A stretch of 64,000 bases of DNA, taken from positions 1,856,001-1,920,000 of the forward strand of contig CAVTBU010000005.1 in NCBI GenBank assembly GCA_963733035.1, in the 5' to 3' direction. Shown here one piece after another: positions 33,095 to 44,252 of the stretch (position 1 is its first letter; each line of letters starts with the position of its first letter). Position numbers and translations under genes: made by a program. Below the pieces are notes generated by a model that did no database searches, was not told where the DNA came from, and was given only the letters and a program-made list of their open reading frames with translations. This DNA comes from Pirellulales bacterium (GTDB lineage: Bacteria > Planctomycetota > Planctomycetia > Pirellulales > PALSA-1355).

Positions 33095-34489
33095 TTATTC
33101 GGGCCGATTCCGGCGGTTGCGGGCTCCGCGGACGGGGATCCACTTCGCTTCGACGTTTTCGCGATTCCAGCGATTCCAATCGGCGGCGAGCTCGTTGACC
33201 TTGTCGGGCTGCTGGTCGGCCAGATTCGTCGTCTCGCCGATGTCCTGGCTGAGGTTGTAGAGCTCCGCCCCGTCCATGTTGGCCGTGGTTCGCAACTCGA
33301 TCCCGACGATGCCGGGGCCGCCGGCGCCCTTGACCAGCTTCCAGTCGCCCTTGCGGATGGCTACCTGTGGCCCAAAGCGCCAGTAGAGCGCCTCGTGCGG
33401 TGCGCCGCTTTGCTCGCCGGTCAGGTAGGGCAAGAGATTCACACCCTCGAGCTTCCACTGCGGCTCGATCGCGACGCCGGCGGCGGCCAGCGCCGTCGGC
33501 ACGATGTCGAGCTGAATGACGGGTCTGTCGTCGACTTTGCCGGCTGGGATGTGGCCTTTCCACTGGACCATGAACGGCACGCGAATCCCGCCTTCCCAGG
33601 TCTGAGCCTTGAAACCTCGCAGCGGTCCGTTCTTGCTGGTCGTTTGCCGGGTTGGGCCCCCGTTGTCGCTGAAGAAGAAGATCAGCGTGTTCTCCTCTTG
33701 TCCAAGCTCCTGGATCTTGTCGAGCACGCTACCGACGGCATCGTCCATCGCCGATTGCATGGCGGCGTAGGGGAGCCGTTTGTCATTCTTGATATTTGGA
33801 AACCGAGCAAGATACTTGTCCGTCGCTTGGAGCGGACCGTGCACGGCATTGAAGGCGAGGTAGCAAAACCACGGGCTCGACTTGTGGTGTTCAATGAACT
33901 TCACGGCTTCGCGGCCAAAGGCGTCGGTCGTATAGCCATCGATATCGGTCGTTGGCGTGGTGCCGCGCAGAATCGGATTGGCCTTATCGGCCGAGGCGTC
34001 GAGATACGAGTGCGCGCCGCCCAGAAAGCCATAGTACTCATCAAAGCCACGCTTGAACGGATGAAAGGGGGGCGCGTAGCCGAGATGCGACTTGCCGAAC
34101 CAGCCGGTCGTATAGCCGGCCGCTTTCAAGTGGTCGCCGATCGTGATTTCGCTCAGCGGCAGACCGAACGCGTCGCTGGCCGAGCGCGCCGGTCCGGGAT
34201 TGAACTCATGGCCAAAGCGCGTTTGATAGCGTCCCGTCAGGAGGCCAGCCCGAGTCGGGCTGCAATACGGTCCGCTCACGTAGCCGCTGGTGAACCGCAC
34301 GCCGCCGCGAGCGATTCGATCGATATTCGGCGTCGGAATCTGGCGGGTAAATCCCTGGCATCCCAACTCACCGTAGCCAAGATCGTCGGCCAGAATCACG
34401 AGCACATTCGGCTTTGAGGGCGCCGCGGCAAGCGTGGCGTGCCCAATCAACGACAGCAGACCAAACAAAAACAGGCATTGTCGAGTCAC
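33095..34489 (-). CDS. Cys-type formylglycine-dependent sulfatase
   Basis: PNVLVILADDLG, CSPTRAGLLTGRY, GKSHLG, FSDNGG, EGGIRVP. Confidence 0.95.
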   Translation of the reverse strand: MTRQCLFLFGLLSLIGHATLAAAPSKPNVLVILADDLGYGELGCQGFTRQIPTPNIDRIARGGVRFTSGYVSGPYCSPTRAGLLTGRYQTRFGHEFNPGPARSASDAFGLPLSEITIGDHLKAAGYTTGWFGKSHLGYAPPFHPFKRGFDEYYGFLGGAHSYLDASADKANPILRGTTPTTDIDGYTTDAFGREAVKFIEHHKSSPWFCYLAFNAVHGPLQATDKYLARFPNIKNDKRLPYAAMQSAMDDAVGSVLDKIQELGQEENTLIFFFSDNGGPTRQTTSKNGPLRGFKAQTWEGGIRVPFMVQWKGHIPAGKVDDRPVIQLDIVPTALAAAGVAIEPQWKLEGVNLLPYLTGEQSGAPHEALYWRFGPQVAIRKGDWKLVKGAGGPGIVGIELRTTANMDGAELYNLSQDIGETTNLADQQPDKVNELAADWNRWNRENVEAKWIPVRGARNRRNRPE

Positions 34490-34726
34490 GGAAGCGCCCC
34501 CGCCAAAGAAGTGACGATGCGGAAAGGAATTGTCACGGATCTCTTTTTACCCGGTTGCCCCCTACTAAACACCACTCGTTTGCCCGGGTTTCGCCGGATG
34601 TCGTTTTCGGCCCCCCTGGACGAGGCGCGGCGGTGCGATTTCGGGTATACTCAAGCGGCTCGCCGAGAGTATCACACTGCCCGACCTGCCAAGCGACCCG
34701 CCATCTAATCTTCAGGAGTCACAACC

Positions 34727-34861
34727 ATGGGCGCCAATCGTGCCGGTGACAATTTGCGTCGTAAGCGGAAACGACAGGTTAAGAACCTGCGAACGAAGTG
34801 GGCGGCCGAGGATCGCGCGGCCGAGGCGGCTGGCAAGCTGACAAAAAAAACGCAAAAGTAA
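34727..34861 (+). CDS. Small basic protein, 44 aa (below ORF track cut-off)
   Basis: AGGAG 8 nt before the ATG; MGANRAGDNLRRKRKRQVKNLRTKWAAEDRAAEAAGKLTKKTQK; TATACT at 34646-34651 upstream. Confidence 0.65.
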   Translation: MGANRAGDNLRRKRKRQVKNLRTKWAAEDRAAEAAGKLTKKTQK

Positions 34862-34908
34862 CGGCGGTTCGAGGCCAGCGAGCCTTTCGCGCCACGGAGA
34901 GCAACGAC

Positions 34909-36326
34909 ATGCACAAGTTGCCCAGGACTTCTCGACGAGCCTTTCTGGTGGCCTCGACGCTCGGCTATGCCGGCCTCCAGTTCGGTCGACCGGCGTTGGG
35001 CGCGACCACAGACGCCTCGCAAACACAGGCCGGCGGGAAAGCCAAATCCACAATCTTGTTCTTTCTGTGCGGCGGGGCATCGCACGTCGACAGTTGGGAT
35101 ATGAAGCCCGAGGCGCCGCTGGAATATCGGGGCCCGTTTCAGTCGATTGCCACGAGTGCTCCGGACATTCGTCTGTGCGAGCACTTGCCGCTGCTGTCCA
35201 AGCAGGCGCACCACCTGGCGCTCATCCGTTCGGTCGGCGGGTCGGTTAACACGAATGACCATCACGCCGGCTACTATTACAACCTGACGGGGCACGAGGC
35301 GGATCCGACGTTTCTCTCGCTGGGGAACAACCGCACGCCGTACGCCGACGATTGGCCGTTCATGGGCGCGGTGGTGGCGGCCAAGCGTCCGCCGCATCGG
35401 TATCTGGCCAACGCGATCACGCTGCCACACATGCCGAGCAAAGCGCCTACACGCGCCCCGGGCAGTTCGCGGCGCGGCTAGGCGTGGAGTACGATCCGTT
35501 GTACCTGCAAGGGAGCGTCGAGACGCCGCTCAAGTTTTCCGCGCCGTCGCTCGAGTTGCAGCAGGGAGTTAGCACTAGCCGCGTTGCATCGCGGCGCGAG
35601 TTGCTCACGGCGCTGGATGACGCACGGCGACAGTTCGACGCCAACGTCCGCACCGAAACGTGGAACCGCCAGCAAGAACGGGCGTTCAAGCTGTTGGCCT
35701 CGTCGCGGACGGCGGCGGCGTTTGACGTGGCGGCCGAACCGGAGGCTGTTCGGCAGCGATACGGCGAAAACGTTAACGGCATGAGCCTGCTGCTGGCGCG
35801 TCGCCTGGCCGAGGCCGAAGTGCCGTTTATCACGGTGTTCTGGAAAGAGGACGAGAATCGGCTCGCCAAGAAGTGCGCCAGCGCCGGCGGCTGGGACACG
35901 CACGGCAACAACTTCAATTGCCTGAAGGAAGACCTGCTGCCGACTTTCGATCAGGCGTTCTCGGCGCTCATCGAGGACCTAGCCGAGCGCAACATGCTCG
36001 ACCAGACGCTGCTGATGGTCACAAGCGAAATGGGCCGCACGCCCAAAATCGGCGACCCGCGCTCGGGCGGACAAACTGGCGCCGGCCGCGACCACTGGAC
36101 GCATTGCCTGACCGACATCCTGGCCGGCGGCGGCATTCGGGGCGGACAGGTGTATGGATCGAGCGACCGCCGCGGTGAGTATCCGGCCGACCGACCGGTA
36201 ACGCCCGCCCACGTGACGAAGACCGTCTACCACGCGATGGGCATTCACGACCTCGACGTGATGGACCGCGAAGGGCGCCCGATCAACCTGTTGGCCGAGG
36301 GCGCGGCGCTGACGTCGTTGTTCTAA
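34909..36326 (+). CDS. DUF1501 domain protein with Tat-like leader; frameshift near 35446
   Basis: SRRAFL, AKSTILFFLCGGASHVDSWDMKP, LLARRLAEA, WDTH, EMGRTP, GRDHW. Confidence 0.9.
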
Positions 36327-36398
36327 TTGACCAAATTGGGCATCGCTGCCACTGGCACACTGCGGCCACGGGCATTGTCGGGAAAGCCGATTGAACGG

Positions 36399-39300
36399 CT
36401 ACTCTCGCGTTTCGGGTGCGAACCCACGGCGCATCGTGTTTTCAGTGATGGTTCGCGGCACGACGAATTGCAGCAGGTAGTCGGGCCCGCCGGCCTTGGT
36501 ACCGATGCCAGACATGCGAAAGCCGCCAAATGGCTGGCGGCCGACGAGCGCGCCGGTGGTGCCGCGATTCAGATACAGATTGCCGACCATCAGCTCGCGA
36601 CGCGCGCGATCGAAGTGTTCTGGACTACGCGAGAACATGCCGCCCGTCAGGGCATAGTCGGTACCGTTGAACACGCGGATCGCTTCGTCGAGGTTGCTGA
36701 CTCGCATCACGCAAAGCACGGGCCCAAAGATTTCTTCCTGCGCCAGTTGGCCGTCGGGCGGAACGTCGGTGAAAATGTGCGGACCGACGTAGTATCCCTG
36801 TTCGGCGAGCGGCCCCACGTCGACAGCCAGCGCCACGCGGCCGGTCTCGCGGCCGATTTGAATGTACTTGCCAATCCGCTCCAGCGCTTCGGCGTCGATG
36901 ACGGCAGAGAAGCTGGAAGCCGCTTCTTCGGCCGGGCCGACCTTCAGGCTACGGGTGGCTTCGACGAGCCGTTCGAGAAACGTGTCGTAGACCGCGTCGA
37001 GCACGATCGCGCGCGAGCAGGCCGAGCACTTCTGCCCCTGATACCCGAAGGCGCTTTTCACGACCCCCAAGACTGCTTCGTCAAGGTCGGCGTCATCGTC
37101 GACGATGATCGCGTTCTTGCCCCCCATTTCCGCAATCACGTGTTTGACGAACTTCAGGTTGCCCCGCGCCGAGACCTCGGCCGCTTTGGCGTTGATGGCC
37201 AGACCCACGGCTCGCGAGCCCGTAAAGGCGATCGTCGCGACGCGCGGATGCTCAACCAAAGCGGCACCGACAACTTCGCCTGGGCCGGGCAGGTAGTTGA
37301 CCACACCGCTGGGGAGCTGCGCCTCGCGAAAGACTTCCATGAGCTTCGCGGCCATCACGCTCGACTGCTCGGCCGGCTTCATGACGACGGTGTTTCCGGT
37401 GGCCAGCGCCGCGGTCGTCATGCCCGTGAGAATGGCCAGCGGAAAATTCCAGGGCGCGATGACGGCGGTCACGCCGCGCGGCACATACATGAAACGGTTT
37501 TCCTCACCGGGAACATCGACGCCGTGCGGCTGTTCGAGATGCACCGCGCCAGCGGCATAATACTCGCAAAAGTCGATCGCCTCGCAGACGTCGGCATCGG
37601 CCTCGCGCCACTCCTTGGCACACTCGTGCACCTGCCAGGCGGCCAGTTCGAAGCGGCGACGGCGCATGATTTTGGCGACCGAGCGAAGATACTCGGCACG
37701 CTCTTGGGCGCCAAGCGACGACCAATCGGCCAGCGCGCAAGCAGCGGCTTCGACCGCCTGATCGACTTGCGGTTTGCCGGCGCTGGCCACGCGGCCGACG
37801 GCGCTGGCCATGTGCGAAGGACAGATCGACGCGAACCACTGGCCGGTCATCACTTCCTGACCGTCGATCACCAGCGGGTACTCTCCGTCGAACTGCGACT
37901 CGACATCGAGCAGGGCGTCTCGCATCGCTTGCCGGACTTCCTGGCGACTGAAATCTGCCGGCGGCTCGTTGCGGTAGCTGGGGGCAAACCGCGCATGAGC
38001 GGCGTGCGTCTTCTCGCGGCCATCGTTTGAGGCGTGCTCGCCTGCAAGATTCGCGGGATTCATCAGTAGTTTCTCCGCCGAGACGTGCTCGGTAAAACTA
38101 GCTCGCAGAAACGATTCGTTCGACGTGTTTTCCAGCAGCCGACGGACCAGGTAGGCCATGCCGGGAATCAACTCGCCGTACGGCATGTAGATTCGCAGCC
38201 GGTAACCGAGGTCGACCAGCGCCTGCTGCTGGGCAGCGGCCATGCCGTACAGCATCTGCAGTTCCCAGGCATCCTTGGCTAACCCCAGTTCCTGGGCAAC
38301 TGCCATACCGTGGGCCAGGGAGCGAAGGTTGTGACTCCCGAGCGCGGTGCGTAGATGATCGGAGTGTGTGAGCGCATAGCGGGTGAGCGCTTCGTAGTTC
38401 GCGTCGGTTTGCCACTTTTCCTGATACACCGGCACGGGCCAGCCGGTGGCCTGGGCGTGCACCGTTTCGTAGTCCCAGTAGGCACCTTTGACCAATCGCA
38501 CCCACACGGGCGTGCCGCGCCTTTGGACCCACGCGACCAACTTTTGCAGATCGCCCGCCGAATCTTTCAAGTAACATTGCAGGACAATGCCCACGTCGCT
38601 CGTATCGCGGAATTCGTCTTCCATCATGATTTGGCGGAAGATGGCCAGCGTCAGGTCCTTGACCTGATAGGACTCCATGTCGACGTTGACGAATGCCCGC
38701 CGCTCGCGCGCCACACGGAGCAGCGCGCGGAGTCGAGCTCCGGCCCGCTGGGACGAGCCGTCGGGATCGATCGGATCAAACTGACTATCGAGCGCCGAGA
38801 GCTTGACCGAAACATTGACGCGGGGAATTTCCCGGCCGCCGGCTCGGTCGATCTGGGGCACCTCGGGCCAGTCGTTGACGATCGGGGCGATGCCTTCGAT
38901 GAGATCGATGTATTGCCGCAGATAGTGGTCGGCTTCCGGCTCGCTGGTTACGGCTTCACCGAGCACGTCGAGCGTGAACGCGCGGCCCAGTTTACGCTCG
39001 CGCATCGCCGCGACCAGGACTTCGTTTTCGTTCGTGCCGGCAATAAACCGGCGAGCATGACCCAACGCGTTTCGCCGGGCCGCCAACGCCAGTGCCCGGC
39101 CGGCGATGGATTTGGGAGTGGCAACCGCCAGCCCCAGCCGCACGGCCGACGGCAAGTATTGCCGGACGTCGTGAAAGTACTCGTGCAGATGCTGGGTCAC
39201 CGCGGTGCTCTTGGTAAGCATCGGCAGCACGTCGATGAACCGGAACATCTGCACCTTCACCGATTCGTCCTGCATCGCCCAAGCCATGATGCGGTCGTCC

Positions 39301-39443
39301 CACCAGCGGCGGTCGAGCACCGACGGCTCCGCGGAGGCAGAGCTCGCGAACAAGTGACGCCCGAATTCGTGCGTCATGTCTTCGATGCGGGCCAACTGCT
39401 GGGGCGAAAAGTCGTGAGATACAGTCGTCACGGCATCTCTCAA
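36399..39443 (-). CDS. putA: Bifunctional proline dehydrogenase / glutamate-semialdehyde (P5C) dehydrogenase
   Basis: VRLVKGAYWD, YLVRRLLENTSN; ALDH motifs PWNFPLAI, AEMGGKNA, GQKCSACS, EEIFGPV. Confidence 0.95.
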   Translation of the reverse strand: MRDAVTTVSHDFSPQQLARIEDMTHEFGRHLFASSASAEPSVLDRRWWDDRIMAWAMQDESVKVQMFRFIDVLPMLTKSTAVTQHLHEYFHDVRQYLPSAVRLGLAVATPKSIAGRALALAARRNALGHARRFIAGTNENEVLVAAMRERKLGRAFTLDVLGEAVTSEPEADHYLRQYIDLIEGIAPIVNDWPEVPQIDRAGGREIPRVNVSVKLSALDSQFDPIDPDGSSQRAGARLRALLRVARERRAFVNVDMESYQVKDLTLAIFRQIMMEDEFRDTSDVGIVLQCYLKDSAGDLQKLVAWVQRRGTPVWVRLVKGAYWDYETVHAQATGWPVPVYQEKWQTDANYEALTRYALTHSDHLRTALGSHNLRSLAHGMAVAQELGLAKDAWELQMLYGMAAAQQQALVDLGYRLRIYMPYGELIPGMAYLVRRLLENTSNESFLRASFTEHVSAEKLLMNPANLAGEHASNDGREKTHAAHARFAPSYRNEPPADFSRQEVRQAMRDALLDVESQFDGEYPLVIDGQEVMTGQWFASICPSHMASAVGRVASAGKPQVDQAVEAAACALADWSSLGAQERAEYLRSVAKIMRRRRFELAAWQVHECAKEWREADADVCEAIDFCEYYAAGAVHLEQPHGVDVPGEENRFMYVPRGVTAVIAPWNFPLAILTGMTTAALATGNTVVMKPAEQSSVMAAKLMEVFREAQLPSGVVNYLPGPGEVVGAALVEHPRVATIAFTGSRAVGLAINAKAAEVSARGNLKFVKHVIAEMGGKNAIIVDDDADLDEAVLGVVKSAFGYQGQKCSACSRAIVLDAVYDTFLERLVEATRSLKVGPAEEAASSFSAVIDAEALERIGKYIQIGRETGRVALAVDVGPLAEQGYYVGPHIFTDVPPDGQLAQEEIFGPVLCVMRVSNLDEAIRVFNGTDYALTGGMFSRSPEHFDRARRELMVGNLYLNRGTTGALVGRQPFGGFRMSGIGTKAGGPDYLLQFVVPRTITENTMRRGFAPETRE

Positions 39444-39598
39444 GTCGGAGAGAAAGGGAAGATGTTATCGAATTCTACGCAATCGGCACACGCTGGGCGA
39501 CGTTCTGTTTTCCGTGGGCCAAGATCGCCGTCTCGGGGACGAATTCCTGGTGTTCCGCTGCCGCACGCGACTACAATTGATCGCCGAGGAATCCTGCC

Positions 39599-40759
39599 AT
39601 GCTGACATCCGTTCGACACTGCTGGCCGCCTATTGGTTTGGTGGCGTTGATCGCGGTGGCGTATGCCGCCCCTGCGAGGGCCGATGCTCCCGCGAAATCG
39701 AGCGCTGCAAATGCCGACCGCCAGCAGCAGATTGCCGCCGCGGTGCTGGCGGCGATGGAAAAGGACGAAGTTCCCGGCGCCAGCCTCGCGGTCATCGAGG
39801 ACTACGAGATTGCCTGGACCGCCGGATACGGTCGCAAGGTGGCCGACAGCGAAAACGCCGTGACGCCCGAAACTCTGTTTCAGGCAGCATCAATATCGAA
39901 GCCGATTACGGCGATGGCGACCTTGAAACTGGTCGAGCAGGGCAAGCTCGATCTGGATGCCTCGGTAAACGATCAACTCAAGTCGTGGAGCATCCCAAAG
40001 AGCAACATTGCCCAAAGGACGCCGATCAAGTTGCGTCACCTGCTCAGCCACTACGCCGGCTTGACGGTGCATGGCTTCAACGGCTACACGACCACGGAAC
40101 AACGACCGACGCTCGTGCAGGTGCTCAATGGCGAGCAACCGGCCAATTCGCCGGCGGTTCGTCCTGTCATGCGTGCCGAATACAAATTCTCCTACTCGGG
40201 CGGCGGTTACAGCGTGTTGCAGCAATTGCTGATCGACGTCAGCGGGGAGCCGTTTCCGGCGTTCATGCAAGAGACCGTACTTGGTCCGCTACGGATGTCT
40301 CACAGTACTTATGAGCAACCATTTCCCGCCGAATTGGCTGCCGAAGCCGCGGCCGGCCATCGACCGAAGGGGCTCGTGCTGGCAGGCCAGTGGCATGTGT
40401 ATCCCGAAATGGCGGCGGCCGGCCTTTGGACAACCCCTAGCGATTTGGCGCTGGCCGCGATCGATCTTTCCAAGAGCTACTCCGGGCAAGGGGGCCAGAT
40501 TCTCTCGCAAGAGATGGCCCGCAAGATGCTGACGCTGCAAAACAGCCATTGTGGGCTGGGGTTCTTTGTCAACGGCGAGGGCCAGCACCTCAAGTTCGAG
40601 CATGGCGGCGCCAACGAGGGATTCCGCTGCATGCTCGTCGCCTACCCGGAAACGGGGCAGGGCGTGGCCATGATGACCAACAGCGACACCGGCAGTAACG
40701 TCCTTACCTCGACGATAAAGCTAGTGGCCGACTTGTATGACTGGCCGACGAACGACTGA
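39599..40759 (+). CDS. Serine hydrolase, beta-lactamase class C/PBP-like
   Basis: FQAASISK (SxxK), YSGGGY, HGGANEGF; signal peptide. Confidence 0.9.
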   Translation: MLTSVRHCWPPIGLVALIAVAYAAPARADAPAKSSAANADRQQQIAAAVLAAMEKDEVPGASLAVIEDYEIAWTAGYGRKVADSENAVTPETLFQAASISKPITAMATLKLVEQGKLDLDASVNDQLKSWSIPKSNIAQRTPIKLRHLLSHYAGLTVHGFNGYTTTEQRPTLVQVLNGEQPANSPAVRPVMRAEYKFSYSGGGYSVLQQLLIDVSGEPFPAFMQETVLGPLRMSHSTYEQPFPAELAAEAAAGHRPKGLVLAGQWHVYPEMAAAGLWTTPSDLALAAIDLSKSYSGQGGQILSQEMARKMLTLQNSHCGLGFFVNGEGQHLKFEHGGANEGFRCMLVAYPETGQGVAMMTNSDTGSNVLTSTIKLVADLYDWPTND

Positions 40760-40818
40760 TAAGATTCGTCTCCAGCGCAAATACGAGCCTTGCTTTTTGC
40801 AGCCGCCGTTCCTCGCGG

Positions 40819-42047
40819 CTATCGCTTGGTGTCGCTGACGACTTTCCCTTCGATCACACATCCAACACAGTGGGTGGTGTACTCGAACGGATCGCCGTCG
40901 TAGAGGGCCAGGTCGCCGTCTTTGCCGACTTCCAGCGAGCCGACACGGTTGTCGATGCCTAGTATCTTCGCGGCATCAATGGTGATCGTGCGGAGCGCTT
41001 GATCGAATGACAGTCCGTTGGCCGCCGCCACGGCCGCTTCGAACAGTACCACGCGTGTTTTGGGCACGTACGCCTCGAAGCCGCTCTGCAGTGCCACGGG
41101 AATTCCGGCCTCGACGAGCTTGGCGGCCGTCTCGAAGCTCAGATTTTCATGTTCACCAAAGGCGCGTTGCATCGGCGCGTGACTGATCACGGGCACGCCA
41201 GCGGCCTTGATCTCGTCGATGAGCAAATACGACTCGCAAGCGCCATCGAGCCAGACTTGAATGTCGAATTCCTTGGCCAGTCGTAGCGCGCTGACGATGT
41301 CGCGCGACCGATCGGCCGTGATCAGCAGCGGCTTTTTGCGACCGAGTACTTCGACCAACGATTCCAGGTGCAAGTCGCGCGCGGGGGCTCCCCTTTTTCG
41401 CCGGCCTCTTCGGCCCGGCGTTTCTTTTCCTGATATTCGCGGGCCTTGATCAACTCGGCCCGCAACATGGCCATCGACTTGCCGCGCGTGCCCGGCGATT
41501 TGCTGCCGGTCTTTTGGGCGGCCGTGCCGATGGTGGCCGCGATCGCTTTCGACGGCTCAATCACGGCCTCGGCCACGGTGTCGCCGCGAGTTTTGGCGAT
41601 CAGCGTTTGACCGGACATCAGTTCGCCGGGGGCGTGGCAGGCATGGATCGTGGTTACGCCGAAGCTGCGAACCCACTCGACGAGCGGATCAGTGGCATTG
41701 TAGGCGTCAATCGCCCGCAGCTCAGGTTGGATGGGCGTCGAGCTTTCCAGCTGATCTTGATCGTGCGGGATATTCAGAATTCCGGAGAGGCCGACCGTCG
41801 AATGCGCGTCGACCAGACCGGGCGTGACGACCTCGGCCTCGAGAACCTTAAAACCCTCGGGAACCGCGATCTGATCCGCCCGGCCGATGGCCGTGATCTT
41901 GCCGTCCTGGATTACGACGATGCCGTCGGAGATCAGCGCGCCGGCCATGGTGTGAATGGTCTTACCACGCACGGCCACTTGGGCGATGGCGGTGGCGGAA
42001 CTAGCGCACAGGCAGGCGGCAAGCAACGTTTTTAGTACGGCGTTCAC
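40819..42047 (-). CDS. Amidohydrolase-family protein (degenerate metal site); frameshift near 41383
   Basis: VTPGLVDAHST, FGVTT, TIDAAKILG, GSLEVGKDGDL; joins as EPPARDLHLE. Confidence 0.85.
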
Positions 42048-43384
42048 TTTCCACCTCCCAGCAGCGCGGCGTCATCGTAGCAGCACATGTACGGTGATTG
42101 ACCGTGACCGGCTCCGTAGCCGCCAACGGCGTATAAATGGTCCTGCGGGTCGCTCCGGTCGAACACTTTCTTGCCGTCGGCCCAAGTTTCCAGCGTTTTG
42201 CAGTACACGCTGAGTGGATCGCCCTCGAGGATCGCAAAGTCGGCATCCTTTCCCGGGGCCAGCGAGCCGATGCGATCCTGCAGGCCAAGCATTTCGGCTC
42301 CGGCCAGGGTCAAGGCCTTCAAAGCGCCCGCTCGCGACATACCAGCTCGCACGGCCAGTGCCGCGCTACGCCTGAAAAGCCGCGAGTCGGTAATCCAGTC
42401 GTCCGTGTGGAACGCGGTCAGCACCCCGTGCTGTTCCAGGATGGCACCGGTTTCGAAACGGCAGTCGCGCGCTTCGAGCTTGCCACCGGGCGAGTCGATG
42501 ACGATGACCGAGCACGGCACTTTCGCCTCGGCGATTTCTTCGGCCACTTTCCAACCGTCGCTCACGTGGTGCAACACGACCGGAAATTGAAATTCCTTGG
42601 ATAGCCGCAGCACGGTCATGATGTCGTCGTGGCGATGCGTGTGGTGATGGACCATGCGTTTGCCCTGCATCGCCTCGACCAATGCTTCCAGATTCAAGTC
42701 GCGGGGCGGCATCTTGGCCGGATCGCCGGCGGCGCGCACGATCTTGTCGTGGTACTCGCGGGCTTTGATGTACTGTTCGCGAACCAGGTAGGCGCTCTTG
42801 CCCCGCGTGCCGGGGAACGGCGTGTCGCGCATCGAATTGGTGCCGTTGGCCATCTTCAGGCCGCCTGCCGGCTTGCCGTCGTCGTTGCGGATGAACAAGT
42901 CGTCGATTTTGTGCGGCTGCGGTTCGAGCCGCAGCTTGACGTACACGGTTTGGCCGCTGATCAGGTGGCCCGAGCCCGGCATAATGTTGAGCGTCGTCAG
43001 TCCGCCGGCGACGGCCCGTTTGAATCCCGGGTCGTAGACGTCGAGCGAATCGAAAATCCGCACGCCCGGTTGGATGGGTCCGCTGCCATCGGCCCCACCC
43101 AGCGAACCGCTGCCGCCGATGTGGCTGTGGGTGCAAATCAGGCCCGGCATGATCGTCTTGCCCGCGACATCGATCTTTTCCGCGTCGTCGGGAATCGTGA
43201 CATTATCTTTCGGACCCACGGCGACAATCTTGCCGTTGTCGATGACCAGCACGCCGTCGTCGATTTCATCTCCCTCGATGGGGATGATGTGGGCGCCAAC
43301 GAAGGCGCGGGGGCGATCGTCGGCCGCTGCCACGGCGGCGACCAGCAGGAGCCAGGTGAATGAAAAGAGCCGAAAAACACGCAT
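42044..43384 (-). CDS. Secreted amidohydrolase-family protein
   Basis: IMPGLICTHSH, GLKMANG, HHHTH, HTDD, GSLAPGKDAD; overlaps the downstream paralog by 4 nt. Confidence 0.88.
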   Translation of the reverse strand: MRVFRLFSFTWLLLVAAVAAADDRPRAFVGAHIIPIEGDEIDDGVLVIDNGKIVAVGPKDNVTIPDDAEKIDVAGKTIMPGLICTHSHIGGSGSLGGADGSGPIQPGVRIFDSLDVYDPGFKRAVAGGLTTLNIMPGSGHLISGQTVYVKLRLEPQPHKIDDLFIRNDDGKPAGGLKMANGTNSMRDTPFPGTRGKSAYLVREQYIKAREYHDKIVRAAGDPAKMPPRDLNLEALVEAMQGKRMVHHHTHRHDDIMTVLRLSKEFQFPVVLHHVSDGWKVAEEIAEAKVPCSVIVIDSPGGKLEARDCRFETGAILEQHGVLTAFHTDDWITDSRLFRRSAALAVRAGMSRAGALKALTLAGAEMLGLQDRIGSLAPGKDADFAILEGDPLSVYCKTLETWADGKKVFDRSDPQDHLYAVGGYGAGHGQSPYMCCYDDAALLGGGK

Positions 43385-43560
43385 GGATTCCCTCTCGGAG
43401 CGGGTCGCTGGAGAAGTGAGGCTGGAGGTCTGCAGTATAGTTGCCGCGGCGGCCAAGGGCTACTTCCGCCGGCCGGCCTCTTCCGTTTGAGTCGATTGTA
43501 GGACAAGATAAAGCCCACTCGCCACGGATTCCCACCTGCTTTGAAAAAAGGCTCGCCACC

Positions 43561-44226
43561 ATGCTCCGCTCAACTTTTCCTTCGCTTGTCCTGCTGGCCC
43601 TATTGCTGGTGACTCCCGCGCTGTTCGCTGATGACTGGAAGCCGCTGTTTGACGGCAAGTCGTTCGACGGCTGGGAACAAAAGGGGGGCTCGGCCAAATA
43701 CAGCATCGAAGACGGCCAGGTGGTGGGCACCAGCGTCCCCAACACCAGCAACTCGTTCCTGTGCACGACGAAAAACTACGGCGACTTTATTCTCGAGCTC
43801 GAATTCAAGGTCGACCCGCGCTTGAACTCGGGCGTGCAGATCCGCAGTCAGTGTTTTGACGAGCCGACGAAGGTCGCCGGCAAGACGATTGCCCCGGGGC
43901 GCGTGCATGGCTACCAGGTGGAAATCGACCCCTCCGACCGCGCCTGGAGTGGCGGCATTTATGACGAAGGGCGCCGCGGCTGGCTCAATGACCTGAAGGA
44001 AAATGAAGCCGCCCGTCACGCTTTCAAGCAAAACGAGTGGAACCAGTTCCGCATCGAATGCCGTGGCGATTCGATCAAAACCTGGCTCAACGGCGTTCCC
44101 GCTGCCGACCTGAAAGACGACATGACGCCCGAGGGCTTCATCGCACTGCAAGTGCACGGCGTCGGTTCTGAAACCGAGCCGCGCGAAGTTCGCTGGCGCA
44201 ATATCCGCATCCAAGAATTGGACTAG
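43561..44226 (+). CDS. DUF1080 (3-keto-disaccharide hydrolase-like) protein
   Basis: [48 protein letters not shown]. Confidence 0.92.
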   Translation: MLRSTFPSLVLLALLLVTPALFADDWKPLFDGKSFDGWEQKGGSAKYSIEDGQVVGTSVPNTSNSFLCTTKNYGDFILELEFKVDPRLNSGVQIRSQCFDEPTKVAGKTIAPGRVHGYQVEIDPSDRAWSGGIYDEGRRGWLNDLKENEAARHAFKQNEWNQFRIECRGDSIKTWLNGVPAADLKDDMTPEGFIALQVHGVGSETEPREVRWRNIRIQELD

Positions 44227-44252
44227 CGAGTCGAACTCCTGCGCCGAACCGG

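Noticed and set aside
36327..38030. Long antisense ORFs (567 aa here; also 44739..46853, 46549..48141 and 51391..52986)
   Set aside because: Shadow ORFs opposite well-supported genes, expected from high-GC codon bias; no protein motifs
39599..40759. Antibiotic-resistance call for the beta-lactamase-like gene
   Set aside because: Motifs fit the broad esterase/peptidase serine-hydrolase family (YSG, HGG), not AmpC (YxN, KTG)
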